Below, piece after piece: positions 46,658 to 57,525 of a stretch of 64,000 nucleotides of DNA. Position 1 is the stretch's first letter. Each line of letters starts with the position of its first letter. The notes below the pieces were generated by a model, which made no database searches, had not been told where the DNA came from, and worked only from the letters and a program-made list of their open reading frames with translations. The DNA lies in the NCBI GenBank assembly GCA_000146465.1, contig CP001943.1; one strand, given 5' to 3'. A program made the translations under genes and the position numbers.

Positions 46658-48670
46658 TCACTGTCCTTTCTCTATGAAGTCCCAAGTGGGGATTATGCTG
46701 ATTCTTCTAAGGAATTCTGTCTCCTCGCCAAATCCGTAAGTTAGTCTTGAGTAGAGGAAGAAAAATACAATCACAAAAAACGTAAACACAGCAACAAATC
46801 CCAATCTGGCAAATTTCATGATATAGCATAATGAAAACAATGCAAAAAACAAGGCGGGATAATAGTGATGGAAGTACAGCACTCTCTTAACAAAGAAAAA
46901 GGGAATGTAGTGCAGGAGCCATCCACAACAAGACAGAAAAACCATGTATCCTTCGTTCCTTAGGAATGCCAGTGGTTTCCCCTTTCGCTTTCGGCTGATT
47001 ACTCTGCAAAGAAGAACAATCGGTGAAAGAATCACACAAATTCCTGAAGAGTACCATACAAGTGGATTTCCAAACATATAGAACTTCTCGTTCTGTCCGT
47101 CCCACGCGGTCATTCTTAATCCTCTTTTGAGGATGAACCACTCATATGGCTTTGAAACAATTCTTTCCGGCTCCAGATCTTCATCCTGAATGAAAGAAGC
47201 ATTTGTAATAAACATAGCCTTATTATGCTCCACAAACTTCTTTGAAAATGGATATCTTGTGATCTCTTTATACACAGGATTTTTCTCTTCGCTCAGCTTT
47301 GCAGATGTGTTTTCCTCGACATTCCAAAGAGTTGCCTCGCCCTTCTTGGCTCCACAGATGACCTCTCCCTGCTCAAATCCCCACGAAGGATATTTTCTTG
47401 ATGAAGGCTTGAGATAGCAGTTATGTTTGGTGCTGAACAGCCTGAATTTGGTTGTAAGAGTTTTTACTCGGCCCTCCTTTTTTATGGCGTCTTCTACTAT
47501 TTCTATTTTGAACAGGTTCGTATCGGAAAGGTGGCTTCCTGAGGACTCTGCTCTCAAACCACTTGACATAAGAGAATGGTTGCCTGGAATGTCCAAATAC
47601 TTCCTAGTCTCCATGTGCAGAAGAACAACTGTGTCACCTGACGAAATGAACTCTGCATCTTCTAGGTCATCAGTCACCTTTTGAAGTACCCAGGCGTTGT
47701 TTTCGTCCTTATGATGATAGATGGTTACTTGATTATTCTCTCCGTTCGGATACTTGTGGTCGTGGGAATGGAGATATCCTCCTCCTGTCTTGGAGGACTT
47801 AATTGTCACCTTAGTTCCAAACAATGGATATTTTCTGTTGTTACCTATGTCACTTCCCTTGAGGGTTGCTTGAAAGAGTGAGCTCATATGTCCATCGTCG
47901 CTACTACTCCTGTTTACCATCTCAAAGTGGATGTAAAACAATAGAACGTACAAAGACGCCGGAATACAAATCAGAAAAAACGCCTTCATAAGAAACAGCT
48001 TGGCAAATCCCAAAATGCTTTCTTTAGAGGTAATATTACACCATAGACAATAGATGGTAAACAATCCAACCAGGCTCATTGTCAAAAATCCAATCCACTT
48101 AATGCTCAGGACGCAGCCCAAAGTTATTCCCAGAAGAGAAATAGAGGCCAAATCTATCTTTTCCTTAGATCTAAAGTACATTCTAGTCATGAAGTATGCA
48201 ACTGCAGCCGTAAATGTCAGGAGATGGGAGTCCAAAAGTATTAGTCTTCCAATGGATGTAAACCCATTCTCAAATATAAATATTAAAGAAAGAAGAATTC
48301 TACGCTTGTATGAATACTTCATTTCTTTAAGCATTAGGTATCCAAGAACTGGCATAAAAGACGCTATGGCAGAATGAAATCTCCGCATTCCCGAATAATC
48401 AAATCCTTTAGGAAATTTCTCTCCTGATTTAAATTCGAAGTCCAGAGGTTGGTTAAAAAGATATCCTCCAAGAGAAGTTAGTATCTTACCGAGGGGAGGA
48501 TGGACATCAAAGTAAAACTTTCTGGATAGATATTTCTCCGAAAACTTCCCAAAATGGGCTTCATCCCATACAACAAAGTCTCCGTTCTCTATCCGGTAGG
48601 TTTTCATAACTATACTCAATGTGAATATCAAGAGGACGGTAGATATCTCAAGGTATTTGGACTTTGCCAT
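46658..48670 (-). CDS. PMT: dolichyl-phosphate-mannose protein O-mannosyltransferase (PMT family)
   Basis: VVWDEAHFGKFSEKYLSRKFYFDVHPPLGKILTSLGGYL is the PMT signature. The protein is multi-TM, with a central MIR-like region and a C-terminal 4-TM PMT domain. Confidence 0.85.
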   Translation of the reverse strand: MAKSKYLEISTVLLIFTLSIVMKTYRIENGDFVVWDEAHFGKFSEKYLSRKFYFDVHPPLGKILTSLGGYLFNQPLDFEFKSGEKFPKGFDYSGMRRFHSAIASFMPVLGYLMLKEMKYSYKRRILLSLIFIFENGFTSIGRLILLDSHLLTFTAAVAYFMTRMYFRSKEKIDLASISLLGITLGCVLSIKWIGFLTMSLVGLFTIYCLWCNITSKESILGFAKLFLMKAFFLICIPASLYVLLFYIHFEMVNRSSSDDGHMSSLFQATLKGSDIGNNRKYPLFGTKVTIKSSKTGGGYLHSHDHKYPNGENNQVTIYHHKDENNAWVLQKVTDDLEDAEFISSGDTVVLLHMETRKYLDIPGNHSLMSSGLRAESSGSHLSDTNLFKIEIVEDAIKKEGRVKTLTTKFRLFSTKHNCYLKPSSRKYPSWGFEQGEVICGAKKGEATLWNVEENTSAKLSEEKNPVYKEITRYPFSKKFVEHNKAMFITNASFIQDEDLEPERIVSKPYEWFILKRGLRMTAWDGQNEKFYMFGNPLVWYSSGICVILSPIVLLCRVISRKRKGKPLAFLRNEGYMVFLSCCGWLLHYIPFFFVKRVLYFHHYYPALFFALFSLCYIMKFARLGFVAVFTFFVIVFFFLYSRLTYGFGEETEFLRRISIIPTWDFIEKGQ

Positions 48671-48737
48671 TATATTTTTGCCTTTTCTCCTTTTTAAGCC
48701 ACACCTGAAACATGTTTCAATTGTCGATCAAATTACT

Positions 48738-49313
48738 TTAATCACCTCGATCTTCCCTGGCTGCTGAAAGCCTTTCTACCTTTCCTCCAATGAAATCTCT
48801 TATTCCTCTTTCGTTAATCGTATGAAATACATTCTTCTTTAAAGCTTCCCTATCCAACTCTAGAACATTGTCTTTACACTTTACAAATAAATTGAATAGG
48901 GCCACCTCGTTATAGAACGGATGGTCTATATTACACAGATCCATTTCTTCTTCAGGCCTGTCATAAAGAATAAAGTTAAGCATCTTCCCATATTCCCTAT
49001 CCAGACTACTCAATGAGGAGGTTGTCTTATTTCTGGTGCAGAAGTCATAATGAACTCGGAGAGCAAAAGAAATGTCTCCTGTGATTCCCTTTTCGCTTTT
49101 AAGAATTCCATTGATGATTCTTCTTTCGTCTGATGTATTTTCCCGATTGGCAGATGATTTGAGCATACCCATTATTTTTCTCTTTAGAGATATCTCCGGA
49201 CCAAAATCCATACCGGGATCAAGAATACTTACCAGCTTATCGTATCCGTAAATATCTCTTTTCGCCAGATTCTTCCATGCTGTCTTCTTTCTCTCGATGG
49301 CTTCCTTAATCAT
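48738..49313 (-). CDS. hypothetical protein (192 aa from the first ATG)
   Basis: The ORF-track start at 49367 is a TTG; the first ATG is at 49313. I recognise no domain. Confidence 0.35.
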   Translation of the reverse strand: MIKEAIERKKTAWKNLAKRDIYGYDKLVSILDPGMDFGPEISLKRKIMGMLKSSANRENTSDERRIINGILKSEKGITGDISFALRVHYDFCTRNKTTSSLSSLDREYGKMLNFILYDRPEEEMDLCNIDHPFYNEVALFNLFVKCKDNVLELDREALKKNVFHTINERGIRDFIGGKVERLSAAREDRGD

Positions 49314-49651
49314 TTGCTGTCTCCTATTTCCACAAATGACGGGGTTGTATTTCCCCCGAGTAACCAAGGATACATACAGCTTCAGGTTCTCTGATCTCCT
49401 CTGGCCCTTAAAATTACTCGAGGATCGGAGGCAACCCTTTCCACATATGATCTTTTTCTCTTGGCATTCGGATGCAGATATAGATGTGATTTATCTGAGA
49501 TTCTTATTCTTACAGCTGTAAACTTCGTTCTGTTTCCTACTAGCATGTATCCCTCACACAAACAGATAGAAACCTTTCTTGAAAAGAAGATCCCATAATC
49601 CAAAATCATTCGCTAGGGTTGGTTGAAAAATTAAAAACACCACATCCAGAG

Positions 49652-51313
49652 TCATCGAAACAAGTGTGAAAATATATAATCCGTGCTGTACTTCTTTTCG
49701 GCAGACACTTCTCCCTTATAGTTCTTAGATACAAAGCAGTGTGTATATTCATTCCCTTCTGTAATTGTTCCTCCTCCGTTTACGATGACTCTTGCATAGC
49801 TTTCCCTCTTCTGTTCATCACAGTACAGTCTAACAATCCATCTGTGGAATGCTGGCTTCCCTTTGGATGCCACTCTTTCTCTCCATTTTTTGATTGAGGC
49901 CACAATCTTTCTCTCCTTTTCTGGAGTATTCTCGTCTGCAGTCCATTCATACTTACCGAAATCAAAGTTTGCCGAGTTATCAAAATTATCTATGAAATCA
50001 GGCCTGAGAATCCATCCTCCATTGCACAAGCACGATAAAAACTTTTCGGACGTACATACACTACCCATGATGAGATGGGTACATTTCTCATATCGGTCTC
50101 CATCACTATACCTTACCCTTAGTTTTTCAAATCTCTCGATTGCTTTGCTCTTCAGGATTGGAGATAACCCTGTAAATTGGAACAGCATAAATCTAGAAGC
50201 AAAGATCCCGGTCTTTCTGGACATTTCATCTTTTTTGTTTTCTATAAACAAATTTGAAGGTTCTATTCCTATCCTATACTTGTCTTCATTCACATATCTC
50301 ATCCGATGCAGACACTGGTCAACCCATGACAGTAATACGACTTTATATGGAGTATGTCTATTTCCTGTATATTCTTTCCTGTCTCTTATTATTAGATGTG
50401 TACAGCTCGCATCAACTTCTTCTTTCACAATCGCTCCTAAAGCTCTTAGTTTATTAAACACTTCTACCTTCAGTTCCCTCAGACTCGCGTCAATGCAGCA
50501 TACCGCTTCACTCAGAATAGCATTACTTCTTCCAAAATAAACTTTATAGGGCCCAGGAAGTAAAATAGAGTCTGTCTCAACGCAATCGAAAACATACTGA
50601 TAGTGAAAGACCTTTCCATCATGTCTCTTAAATTCCCCATGTGATTCCGCCACTATGAAATCAACATCTCTATCAACAACCGACACACGTGTTCCTCCGT
50701 TCGATATAATTAATCTTCTGAGACGATTGAAAAGGATCTTTGGAAGCTTCGAATCAAGGAAAAATACCTTCCCGTTAAACAAAGGTTCGCCGGCTGAGTC
50801 TATGGCTTTAAAATGAGGTTCCTTTTTGTATGCTCCATAGTCATTTCCAAACACAGAATGGGATGTGACAACCGGAATTCCATACTTCTTACAGAACTCT
50901 GTCTTCTCATTGCATTGGGAATTAGTAATCAGAAAATCTGTCCAAGCAGTAAGATTTTCGGTGAAGGATGCGCCAAGAAGACAATGGTAATTGATAAGAG
51001 AGTCGTCGGTCACTCCGGAGATTGTAAAACTAGACCCTGAAAGTGGTGTCATCTCATACTTCTTTGTGTTTTCATCTGTATCGTACAACCATCTGACATG
51101 GAGAATCTTTATATTCCATTTCAAAGCCTGGATATACTTCTCTGTCATCATTGCCTTGTAGGAAACTAGGTAATCTGTAGTGGTGGACAGCGTATCCTCG
51201 AGAATCACATGTTTTGGGAGCTGGCTCCTTATTAAGTCCTGTTCATCTCTTGAAATTCCCGTTGTGCACACAAACACATTTGGCTTGAACGTGCTCTGGA
51301 TTTCAAAATCCAT
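49652..51313 (-). CDS. multi-BRCT scaffold protein (Dpb11/TopBP1/Cut5-like)
   Basis: At least four BRCT-like units, with no catalytic domain. Examples are NVFVCTTGISRDEQDLIRSQL...; FTISGVTDDSLINYHCLLGASF...; KVFFLDSKLPKILFNRLRRLIISNGG...; FMLFQFTGLSPILKSKAIERFEKLRVRY.... 553 aa. Confidence 0.5.
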   Translation of the reverse strand: MDFEIQSTFKPNVFVCTTGISRDEQDLIRSQLPKHVILEDTLSTTTDYLVSYKAMMTEKYIQALKWNIKILHVRWLYDTDENTKKYEMTPLSGSSFTISGVTDDSLINYHCLLGASFTENLTAWTDFLITNSQCNEKTEFCKKYGIPVVTSHSVFGNDYGAYKKEPHFKAIDSAGEPLFNGKVFFLDSKLPKILFNRLRRLIISNGGTRVSVVDRDVDFIVAESHGEFKRHDGKVFHYQYVFDCVETDSILLPGPYKVYFGRSNAILSEAVCCIDASLRELKVEVFNKLRALGAIVKEEVDASCTHLIIRDRKEYTGNRHTPYKVVLLSWVDQCLHRMRYVNEDKYRIGIEPSNLFIENKKDEMSRKTGIFASRFMLFQFTGLSPILKSKAIERFEKLRVRYSDGDRYEKCTHLIMGSVCTSEKFLSCLCNGGWILRPDFIDNFDNSANFDFGKYEWTADENTPEKERKIVASIKKWRERVASKGKPAFHRWIVRLYCDEQKRESYARVIVNGGGTITEGNEYTHCFVSKNYKGEVSAEKKYSTDYIFSHLFR

Positions 51314-51384
51314 ACCCTCCTAGCTCTAATTCATGGCTAAATATAAAAGGTGATCACTACTCCAAAGAATACCAAACAAAGAAT

Positions 51385-51702
51385 TTATTTTTCGCTTCCA
51401 CCGGAGACATGCTCTACCAACGCAGAAACAACGTCTCCTTTGTTTCTCACATCTCTAAGCTTCTTGACCTTCATCTCAAATTCGGATTTTAGCCTTTCAT
51501 CAACTACTTTTATGTATTCCTCAACTTCCTTTTCTAGAAGAAGTAACCTACTTTCGTTTTCCTTTCTAAGGTCCTCAACCATCAATCCTGCATCTCTTCT
51601 CGCTTGAGCCCTCATCTCCTCAAGCTCCCTACGTGCCATCTCTAGCTTCTCTTTGGCATCGTTCTCGCACTGGACAAGTCTTTTAATACTTTCGACAGAC
51701 AT
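51385..51702 (-). CDS. VMA10: V-type H+-ATPase subunit G (Vma10)
   Basis: 105-aa coiled coil. IKRLVQCENDAKEKLEMARRELEEMRAQARRDAGLMVEDLR parallels Vma10 IATLLQAEKEAHEIVSKARKYRQDKLKQAKTDAAKEIDSYK. Confidence 0.6.
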   Translation of the reverse strand: MSVESIKRLVQCENDAKEKLEMARRELEEMRAQARRDAGLMVEDLRKENESRLLLLEKEVEEYIKVVDERLKSEFEMKVKKLRDVRNKGDVVSALVEHVSGGSEK

Positions 51703-51813
51703 ACCCCTGTGTTGGGCGCGTTGCTTGTCTTTTATAAGCCCGAGTGTTCAAACCCAACATAAAGCAAATGTGTTTATTTGTACAAAAAATAGACAGATAT
51801 TTTCTTGTAATAT

Positions 51814-53091
51814 TTATTTTCGTCGTCTTCCGTATACAACTCTGTGTATTCTCCCAAAATACAATGTCTCTCCTCTCCTCAGAAAATATAAGAAGACCCT
51901 TATTTTTCTTTTTCTTCTTCCCATGCATACAACCTCTGCGATGTTGTTGTTTTCAAACTCGATGTCCTTGTCTAGGTATTCTGCCATATCCGGTGTAAAG
52001 AACAATCTTTTATCGGAATATGCAATTAGCTTCAAGTTGCGCGTCTCAAAGCATTCCATCAATCTTTTAAAAGTCAAGGTCCCATCGTAAAGAACTCCAT
52101 ACCAATGATAGGAGCAGGTACGACATCCCGGATTTCTTTCGCATGTCTCTAGCTTTCGGATGATATTTCCATTGTCGACACAGTAATAATTGCACTTATT
52201 CTTAACAGATAGGATCATCAGGGATGCGATTATTGAGTTTATTGTGCTCAAAGACGGAATTATATTCCCTGCTATCGTAACTGCATCGTCAAAGGATAAG
52301 GGTTTGATTCCTGCACACATTCCTCTTATGTATGCCACATTGTAAATGTATTCCAAAACATCTCTCTTGTCTTTGTCAAACGAGATGAGATCCGAACTTC
52401 CTAAAATCTCGACTATTTTCTTGGTTTTTTCTTTGTAGTCTTCACTGCTTCTGAACTTCTCTAACTCGCCTGGAGTCGACATATCTTCGCAATTTTCTAT
52501 AATGTCTTTCAGATGTCTTGGATAAAAGTCTTGTTCACCGTCTACCTTCAACTTCATTTCGAGAAACACGTACTTTGCCCAGGAAATGCAATGTTCAAAA
52601 CTGGTCGGCCTTGATCGGATCGTGCACACCAGATGCTCTCTTGAAATCCTCTTTGGAATGCAATCAAAACATTCCGAGTTGTAGTCGAAATAATACGCCT
52701 GGCCCTTGAACCCACCGCTTCCTCCATCAACCAAGGGTGTTTTTGAGATAAAGCATCTTTGATTCACATAACTTCGTACTTCGATACTGTCCAAACAGCT
52801 ATAGACTGTCTCATACTCTGCAAAAAACCTTGCATCAAATTCTGTGATGTCTGCACATATTGGAAAGACTTTACATTTCTTGTTCATTTTCCTAAAAACT
52901 TTGGCTGCTACAATTGCTTTACTTTTTCCAATGTCTTTTCTACCGAAGAAAAACTGCCGGTTAAGGTTTGAAAGGTCAACGTTATCGCAGTCTATCAATG
53001 TTATACTCTCTAAATTCTTTGTTGCTAGCAACTTCAGCAATTCACATCCTATTCCTCCACACCCCACTACCAAGACTCTTCCACGGATCAT
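51814..53091 (-). CDS. UBA2: ubiquitin-like activating enzyme E1 catalytic subunit, most like SUMO E1 Uba2/SAE2
   Basis: ThiF fold VLVVGCGGIGCELLKLL...DCDNVDLSNLNRQFFF. The catalytic-Cys region CTIRSRPTSFEHCISWAKYVF matches Uba2 ([21 protein letters not shown]). The ORF-track start at 53130 is a TTG; the first ATG is at 53091. Confidence 0.7.
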   Translation of the reverse strand: MIRGRVLVVGCGGIGCELLKLLATKNLESITLIDCDNVDLSNLNRQFFFGRKDIGKSKAIVAAKVFRKMNKKCKVFPICADITEFDARFFAEYETVYSCLDSIEVRSYVNQRCFISKTPLVDGGSGGFKGQAYYFDYNSECFDCIPKRISREHLVCTIRSRPTSFEHCISWAKYVFLEMKLKVDGEQDFYPRHLKDIIENCEDMSTPGELEKFRSSEDYKEKTKKIVEILGSSDLISFDKDKRDVLEYIYNVAYIRGMCAGIKPLSFDDAVTIAGNIIPSLSTINSIIASLMILSVKNKCNYYCVDNGNIIRKLETCERNPGCRTCSYHWYGVLYDGTLTFKRLMECFETRNLKLIAYSDKRLFFTPDMAEYLDKDIEFENNNIAEVVCMGRRKRKIRVFLYFLRRGETLYFGRIHRVVYGRRRK

Positions 53092-53177
53092 GCAAGGCTT
53101 CTGGTAATGGGGCTTATATAGACTATGCAATGAACATTAAAGATAAAGCATGGAATGGAAATCCATATGAAATAGCT

Positions 53178-53768
53178 TTAATCCTTCTTTTCATCGGAAA
53201 CGTAGAAGATATTTATGGTTCCTTGTTCGGAGCTCAGCTTAAGCTTATAGAAACCTTTTTCATATCGAGGATATTCCATTATGGTTTCCGAAGGTGCCTT
53301 AACTGCAAAAACGAGGTTTCCATCTAGAGAAGGAAGGTTCTGGAGGTCTGAGTATGTAACATATGCATTTGCAAGATTCTTTTCCGACTGGGAAAGCATT
53401 GAAATCTCTTCATTGAGCCTGAAAAGGGTTTCGTCCAGATCATCGCCTTTTAGAACATTTTCTGGATTTAGATAGGAATTCTCCTGGTTTTCCTTTTCTT
53501 CATCATCAAGTAAATACCGATCTATGTTTCCGCCAATCCACTTTGCGTTGCTTACAGACCATTTACTCAAAAGTCCTAATCCTTCCAATACATTCGTTAT
53601 GTCGTATATTCTTCTCTTTCCTACATTCAGCTCTATCGATGCCTGGTGAATGCTTATGTTATGGTCTGGTGCCATACTCACAAGCTTTAGAAATCTCTTG
53701 GTAAGGTTGTAAAGCGAGTTTTCCGATCTAATAGACGACAATCTGTCCGAAGTCGATTTTCTTGCCAT
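53178..53768 (-). CDS. E2F: E2F-family transcription factor (winged-helix DNA-binding domain)
   Basis: SLYNLTKRFLKLVSMAPDHNISIHQASIELNVGKRRIYDITNVLEGLGLLSK...KWIG matches the E2F DNA-binding domain (KRRIYDITNVLEGIgLIEK...IQW.G). A coiled coil and a marked-box-like region follow. Confidence 0.8.
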   Translation of the reverse strand: MARKSTSDRLSSIRSENSLYNLTKRFLKLVSMAPDHNISIHQASIELNVGKRRIYDITNVLEGLGLLSKWSVSNAKWIGGNIDRYLLDDEEKENQENSYLNPENVLKGDDLDETLFRLNEEISMLSQSEKNLANAYVTYSDLQNLPSLDGNLVFAVKAPSETIMEYPRYEKGFYKLKLSSEQGTINIFYVSDEKKD

Positions 53769-53956
53769 GAGGGAGTTTCGGCAGAAATGGTTTTAGTCGA
53801 AATAAGGAAGCAAGTTTTTGATTTGGGGCAATTCCCACACACCCGAAAATGAAAACCTAAAGCATCAGGCAGTTGCATACATGGCAGAGGCGAAAGCATG
53901 CCACACTTGAGAAAGACTTAAGGTTCTTATAAATGTTATTAATTTCTCCACCCTTT

Positions 53957-55459
53957 ATGACTAAACAGAAGTTTGGGCTAACAGCCAAAAAAGAAGAAGA
54001 TTTTTCCGAATGGTATGTACAGGTTATAACAAAAGGAGAGATGATAGATTACTACGAGATTAAAGGATGCTATGTGATGCGCCCCCAGGGACAGTTTGTC
54101 TGGAAGTGTATCCAGAAATGGTTTACCGAAAAGATTGAAGAACTTGGTGTCCAAGAATGCTATTTTCCCATGCTAGTTCCCAAGTCGACGCTTGAAAAAG
54201 AGAAGAACCATGTGGAAAATTTTTCCCCCGAAGTAGCATGGATTACTAAGTGTGGAAATGAGGTCTTGGGAGATCCAGTTGCCGTGCGTCCTACATCCGA
54301 AACAATAATATATCCTTCTTTTTCTAAGTGGATAAGAAGCCACAGAGATCTTCCTCTAAAAATAAACCAATGGTGTAGTGTGCTGAGATGGGAGCTACAT
54401 GGGACCCTCCCTTTTATAAGAGGGAAGGAGTTTCTATGGCAGGAAGGGCACACAGCTTTTCTGACGAAAGAGGAATCGGATGTGGAGGTTTTTGCAATTC
54501 TGGATCTTTACTCCAGAATATACTCGGAGCTCCTTGCAGTTCCCGTGATAAAAGGAAGAAAGTCAGAAAGCGAGAAGTTTGGGGGAGCAGATTACACCAC
54601 GTCCATTGAAGCCTTTATCCCTGGATCAGGCCGGGGAATTCAAGCGGGAACCTCCCATTCCTTGGGACAGAACTTCTCAAAAATGTTTGATATTAAGGTC
54701 GACACAGAAGAAGGATCCGAAAATAGCAGCTTTGTCTACCAGAACTCCTGGGGGCTAACCACCCGATCCATTGGAATTGCAATTATGATACATTCGGACA
54801 ACCTTGGGTTGGTGCTTCCCCCAAGAGTAGCTATGATTCAGGTTGTTGTTATTCCCTGTGGGATAACAGCATCCTCTTCGGAAGAGGACGTTGAAAGTTT
54901 ACGCACATACATAAGCAAAATACATGCCCAGCTCAAAAACTTCGTTCGTGTGCATGTGGACGATCGGAATAATGTAACTGTTGGATTCAAATTCAATCAT
55001 TGGGAAATAAGAGGGGTTCCGTTAAGGTTAGAGGTTGGGTTCAAAGATATGGCTAACTCGGAAGCTTGCTTAGTTAGAAGGGACACCCGTGCCAAAAAGC
55101 AGGTATCTGTGGAGGATATCGGGCAGACAGTAATGGAGGAAATAGATACCATGCACAACGATATGCTTAGTAGGGCTACCACAGAAAGAGATAGGAGAAT
55201 TTCATATGTAAGAAGCTTCGAGGAGTTTATGTCTTCTCTTGAAAACAAAAAAATGATAATGGCACCGTGGTGTGGAGTTGATAAATGTGAAGCCAACATT
55301 AAATCTAAAACCACAAAGTTTGGGCCCAACGGAAATGTAGTTTCGACTGGGGCAAAGACCTTATGTATTCCTTATGAGGCAAAGTCCTGCAATGGAATGG
55401 AATGTATCAACTGCAACCAGAAGGCTATCCATTATGCTTTATTTGGAAGATCCTACTAA
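53957..55459 (+). CDS. prolyl-tRNA synthetase (eukaryote/archaeal-type class IIa with C-terminal zinc-binding domain)
   Basis: Class II motifs, an anticodon-binding domain and a C-terminal domain ending ...HYALFGRSY. I chose the ATG at 53957 (MTKQKF...) because CCC precedes it. An in-frame ATG at 53933 is also possible. Confidence 0.9.
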   Translation: MTKQKFGLTAKKEEDFSEWYVQVITKGEMIDYYEIKGCYVMRPQGQFVWKCIQKWFTEKIEELGVQECYFPMLVPKSTLEKEKNHVENFSPEVAWITKCGNEVLGDPVAVRPTSETIIYPSFSKWIRSHRDLPLKINQWCSVLRWELHGTLPFIRGKEFLWQEGHTAFLTKEESDVEVFAILDLYSRIYSELLAVPVIKGRKSESEKFGGADYTTSIEAFIPGSGRGIQAGTSHSLGQNFSKMFDIKVDTEEGSENSSFVYQNSWGLTTRSIGIAIMIHSDNLGLVLPPRVAMIQVVVIPCGITASSSEEDVESLRTYISKIHAQLKNFVRVHVDDRNNVTVGFKFNHWEIRGVPLRLEVGFKDMANSEACLVRRDTRAKKQVSVEDIGQTVMEEIDTMHNDMLSRATTERDRRISYVRSFEEFMSSLENKKMIMAPWCGVDKCEANIKSKTTKFGPNGNVVSTGAKTLCIPYEAKSCNGMECINCNQKAIHYALFGRSY

Positions 55460-55608
55460 CTTACAAGTCTCTGTCGCTACCATAATTATTAAAAAGACAA
55501 GGAAATATTAACCGATTTACATTCCATGGAATAATTCTTTATATTAAGAAAAGATATTTCTCCTCAATGGAAGAAGGGCCGTACCTGGCCCAATCGCCCC
55601 TCTGGAAG

Positions 55609-57525
55609 TCATGCTAAAACCTGAAATCTCTCTTCCAAGAGAAGACAACCTTCTGGAGTATGGTTTTTGGGCTCGGCCTTATCAAGTATCCTTTTTTCCA
55701 GCAGAGCTTTGATTTCTTTATACGACTCCTCGTGGGATTTGGGAGAAACAATTTCCGAAGAAAAGCGGTCGAGAAAATGAATGGCAATTCCATTAGTCCA
55801 TCCAAATCCGACTTGCGCCGTATATTCCCCCTTATATCCAGGTGACCCAACCATCTCACAACTATATTTTTCAAAGATCCCCCTCTTTGTCTCGTCAACA
55901 ACGGATGTAGAAACAGATATGTTTTCTAAGTAGGATCTAACCATATGTAATGCCATTTCACGCTCACCCACTCTTTCTAAGAAAAACGCCACTATATGCA
56001 CAAGGGGAGGCCACATGTTGGGAAAATCCCATTGTAAGGTACTGTCCTTATTCTTAGATCCACTTGCAGGCATCCCTCCCGGATGTCCAAATATATCTTC
56101 TGCAAACATATTCAAAATGTGGTAAACGCTGACACCTTTGTCTTTTGGAGGAGGGATCCCATAGCACATCGGCATTAAGTTTGAGGCATAGAACCCAGGA
56201 GATGTATGCTCTCTTGTTTCAATATCAAAGTCATTCCATACACCTTGTTGATCGTTCCATAGCACATTATTAATGGCATCTTTTCTTTCTTCGCTCTTTT
56301 CTTTGAAGTACTTAGAGTTCTTGGAGTTTTTTCCTTCGATTATCTCATATAGCTTCGAAATGATACATTCATTGGCATACATTACTGAATTCAGATCCGC
56401 AGGAATCCTTTTGGAGACTCTTATGGAATCAAGTTGCCCGCTTAAGCCTAGCCATCTGGATGAAAAGTCCCATCCCGATTCGGCTCCGGCTTTTAAGTCG
56501 GCATAAATGTCTTCTGCTCTTCTTCTGTACTTCTCATCTCTGCTCTTATTTTGCTCTGCAGTTTCCCTGTCTTCACTATAAGACTCTGCTCTTGGCGTAG
56601 TATCGTTAACCTTGTAAACATTAAGTACATACGACTTTCCGTTCTTTTCAACCCTTTCAACTTTTTGGGTCATGAAGAAAGTATGCTCTGTTACTGCCGC
56701 ATCCAATCCCCTCTTGATAGTGTTTTCTATCTTCTCCCATGGTAAGTGTTTATAAAGAGTGAGAAGCATCTGAGGAAAGTATGGAGGCTGAGACCTGTTT
56801 AAATAGTATGTCCTAAGTCCATTAGGAATGAATCCAAACTGCTCTATCAGACCTATAAAGTTCTCCACCATTCCCACGGCAATTTTTTCCATACCGCTTC
56901 TGACAAGTCCTTCTAAGATCCAGCTACTATCCCAATAATAAGCCTCTTTGAATCGGTCTCCAGGAATAATAAATGGATTCTTGACCTTTATCATCGTTGA
57001 ATACTGTCCTCTCTTCAACCTATTCTGCCTTACGTAGATCTTACCCCATGCATTTTCGAGTTCTTTCCCGATTCTAATCAAGTTTGCTATAGATTGTTTG
57101 TATTGGCTGGTCTGGAAAAGAGGATTGGAGCCATCTGAAAGCTTTTCCTCAAGCTTGATTATATAGCTCGAGGTGTTCTTGGGCATATCTGCCTGAAGCT
57201 CTTTATCATCTTTACCAAATATAAGTTCGGTCTCTGGCTCAAAACTATTTTCATCTACAAACCTCCAAAAATCCTCCTCTTTTTCAAAAGATCTATTTTC
57301 TCGAAGCATGTTTCTAAGAATCTCATCAATTTCTTCTGGAGGCTTAGTAAACACCTTATCAACCAAAATCTTGCTATCCTTTGTAATCTTACTTACAAAA
57401 GAAACCTCGAGAAGTTCTGAACTCATTCGGGAGCCAGGATCCATAATTCCGGAAGCCCTTACGGGGATTATTGTACAAGCGGCAAGGAAAATATAGCGCA
57501 ATTTTACCCCGGAAGCCATCTCCAT
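55609..57525 (-). CDS. trehalase (GH37), with an N-terminal signal peptide
   Basis: Trehalase signature 1 IIPGDRFKEAYYWDSSWILEGL and signature 2 QWDFPNMWPP. The signal-like N-terminus is MEMASGVKLRYIFLAACTIIPVRASG. Confidence 0.9.
   Translation of the reverse strand: MEMASGVKLRYIFLAACTIIPVRASGIMDPGSRMSSELLEVSFVSKITKDSKILVDKVFTKPPEEIDEILRNMLRENRSFEKEEDFWRFVDENSFEPETELIFGKDDKELQADMPKNTSSYIIKLEEKLSDGSNPLFQTSQYKQSIANLIRIGKELENAWGKIYVRQNRLKRGQYSTMIKVKNPFIIPGDRFKEAYYWDSSWILEGLVRSGMEKIAVGMVENFIGLIEQFGFIPNGLRTYYLNRSQPPYFPQMLLTLYKHLPWEKIENTIKRGLDAAVTEHTFFMTQKVERVEKNGKSYVLNVYKVNDTTPRAESYSEDRETAEQNKSRDEKYRRRAEDIYADLKAGAESGWDFSSRWLGLSGQLDSIRVSKRIPADLNSVMYANECIISKLYEIIEGKNSKNSKYFKEKSEERKDAINNVLWNDQQGVWNDFDIETREHTSPGFYASNLMPMCYGIPPPKDKGVSVYHILNMFAEDIFGHPGGMPASGSKNKDSTLQWDFPNMWPPLVHIVAFFLERVGEREMALHMVRSYLENISVSTSVVDETKRGIFEKYSCEMVGSPGYKGEYTAQVGFGWTNGIAIHFLDRFSSEIVSPKSHEESYKEIKALLEKRILDKAEPKNHTPEGCLLLEERFQVLA

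Noticed and set aside
49314-49651. A 75-codon ORF (49382-49609, minus) just upstream of the hypothetical gene 48738-49313, which could be a frameshifted N-terminal extension or an intron-separated exon.
   Set aside because: It is in a different frame from the downstream gene and the interval has no GTAAGT...AG intron signals. It looks like a chance ORF in a 338-bp spacer.
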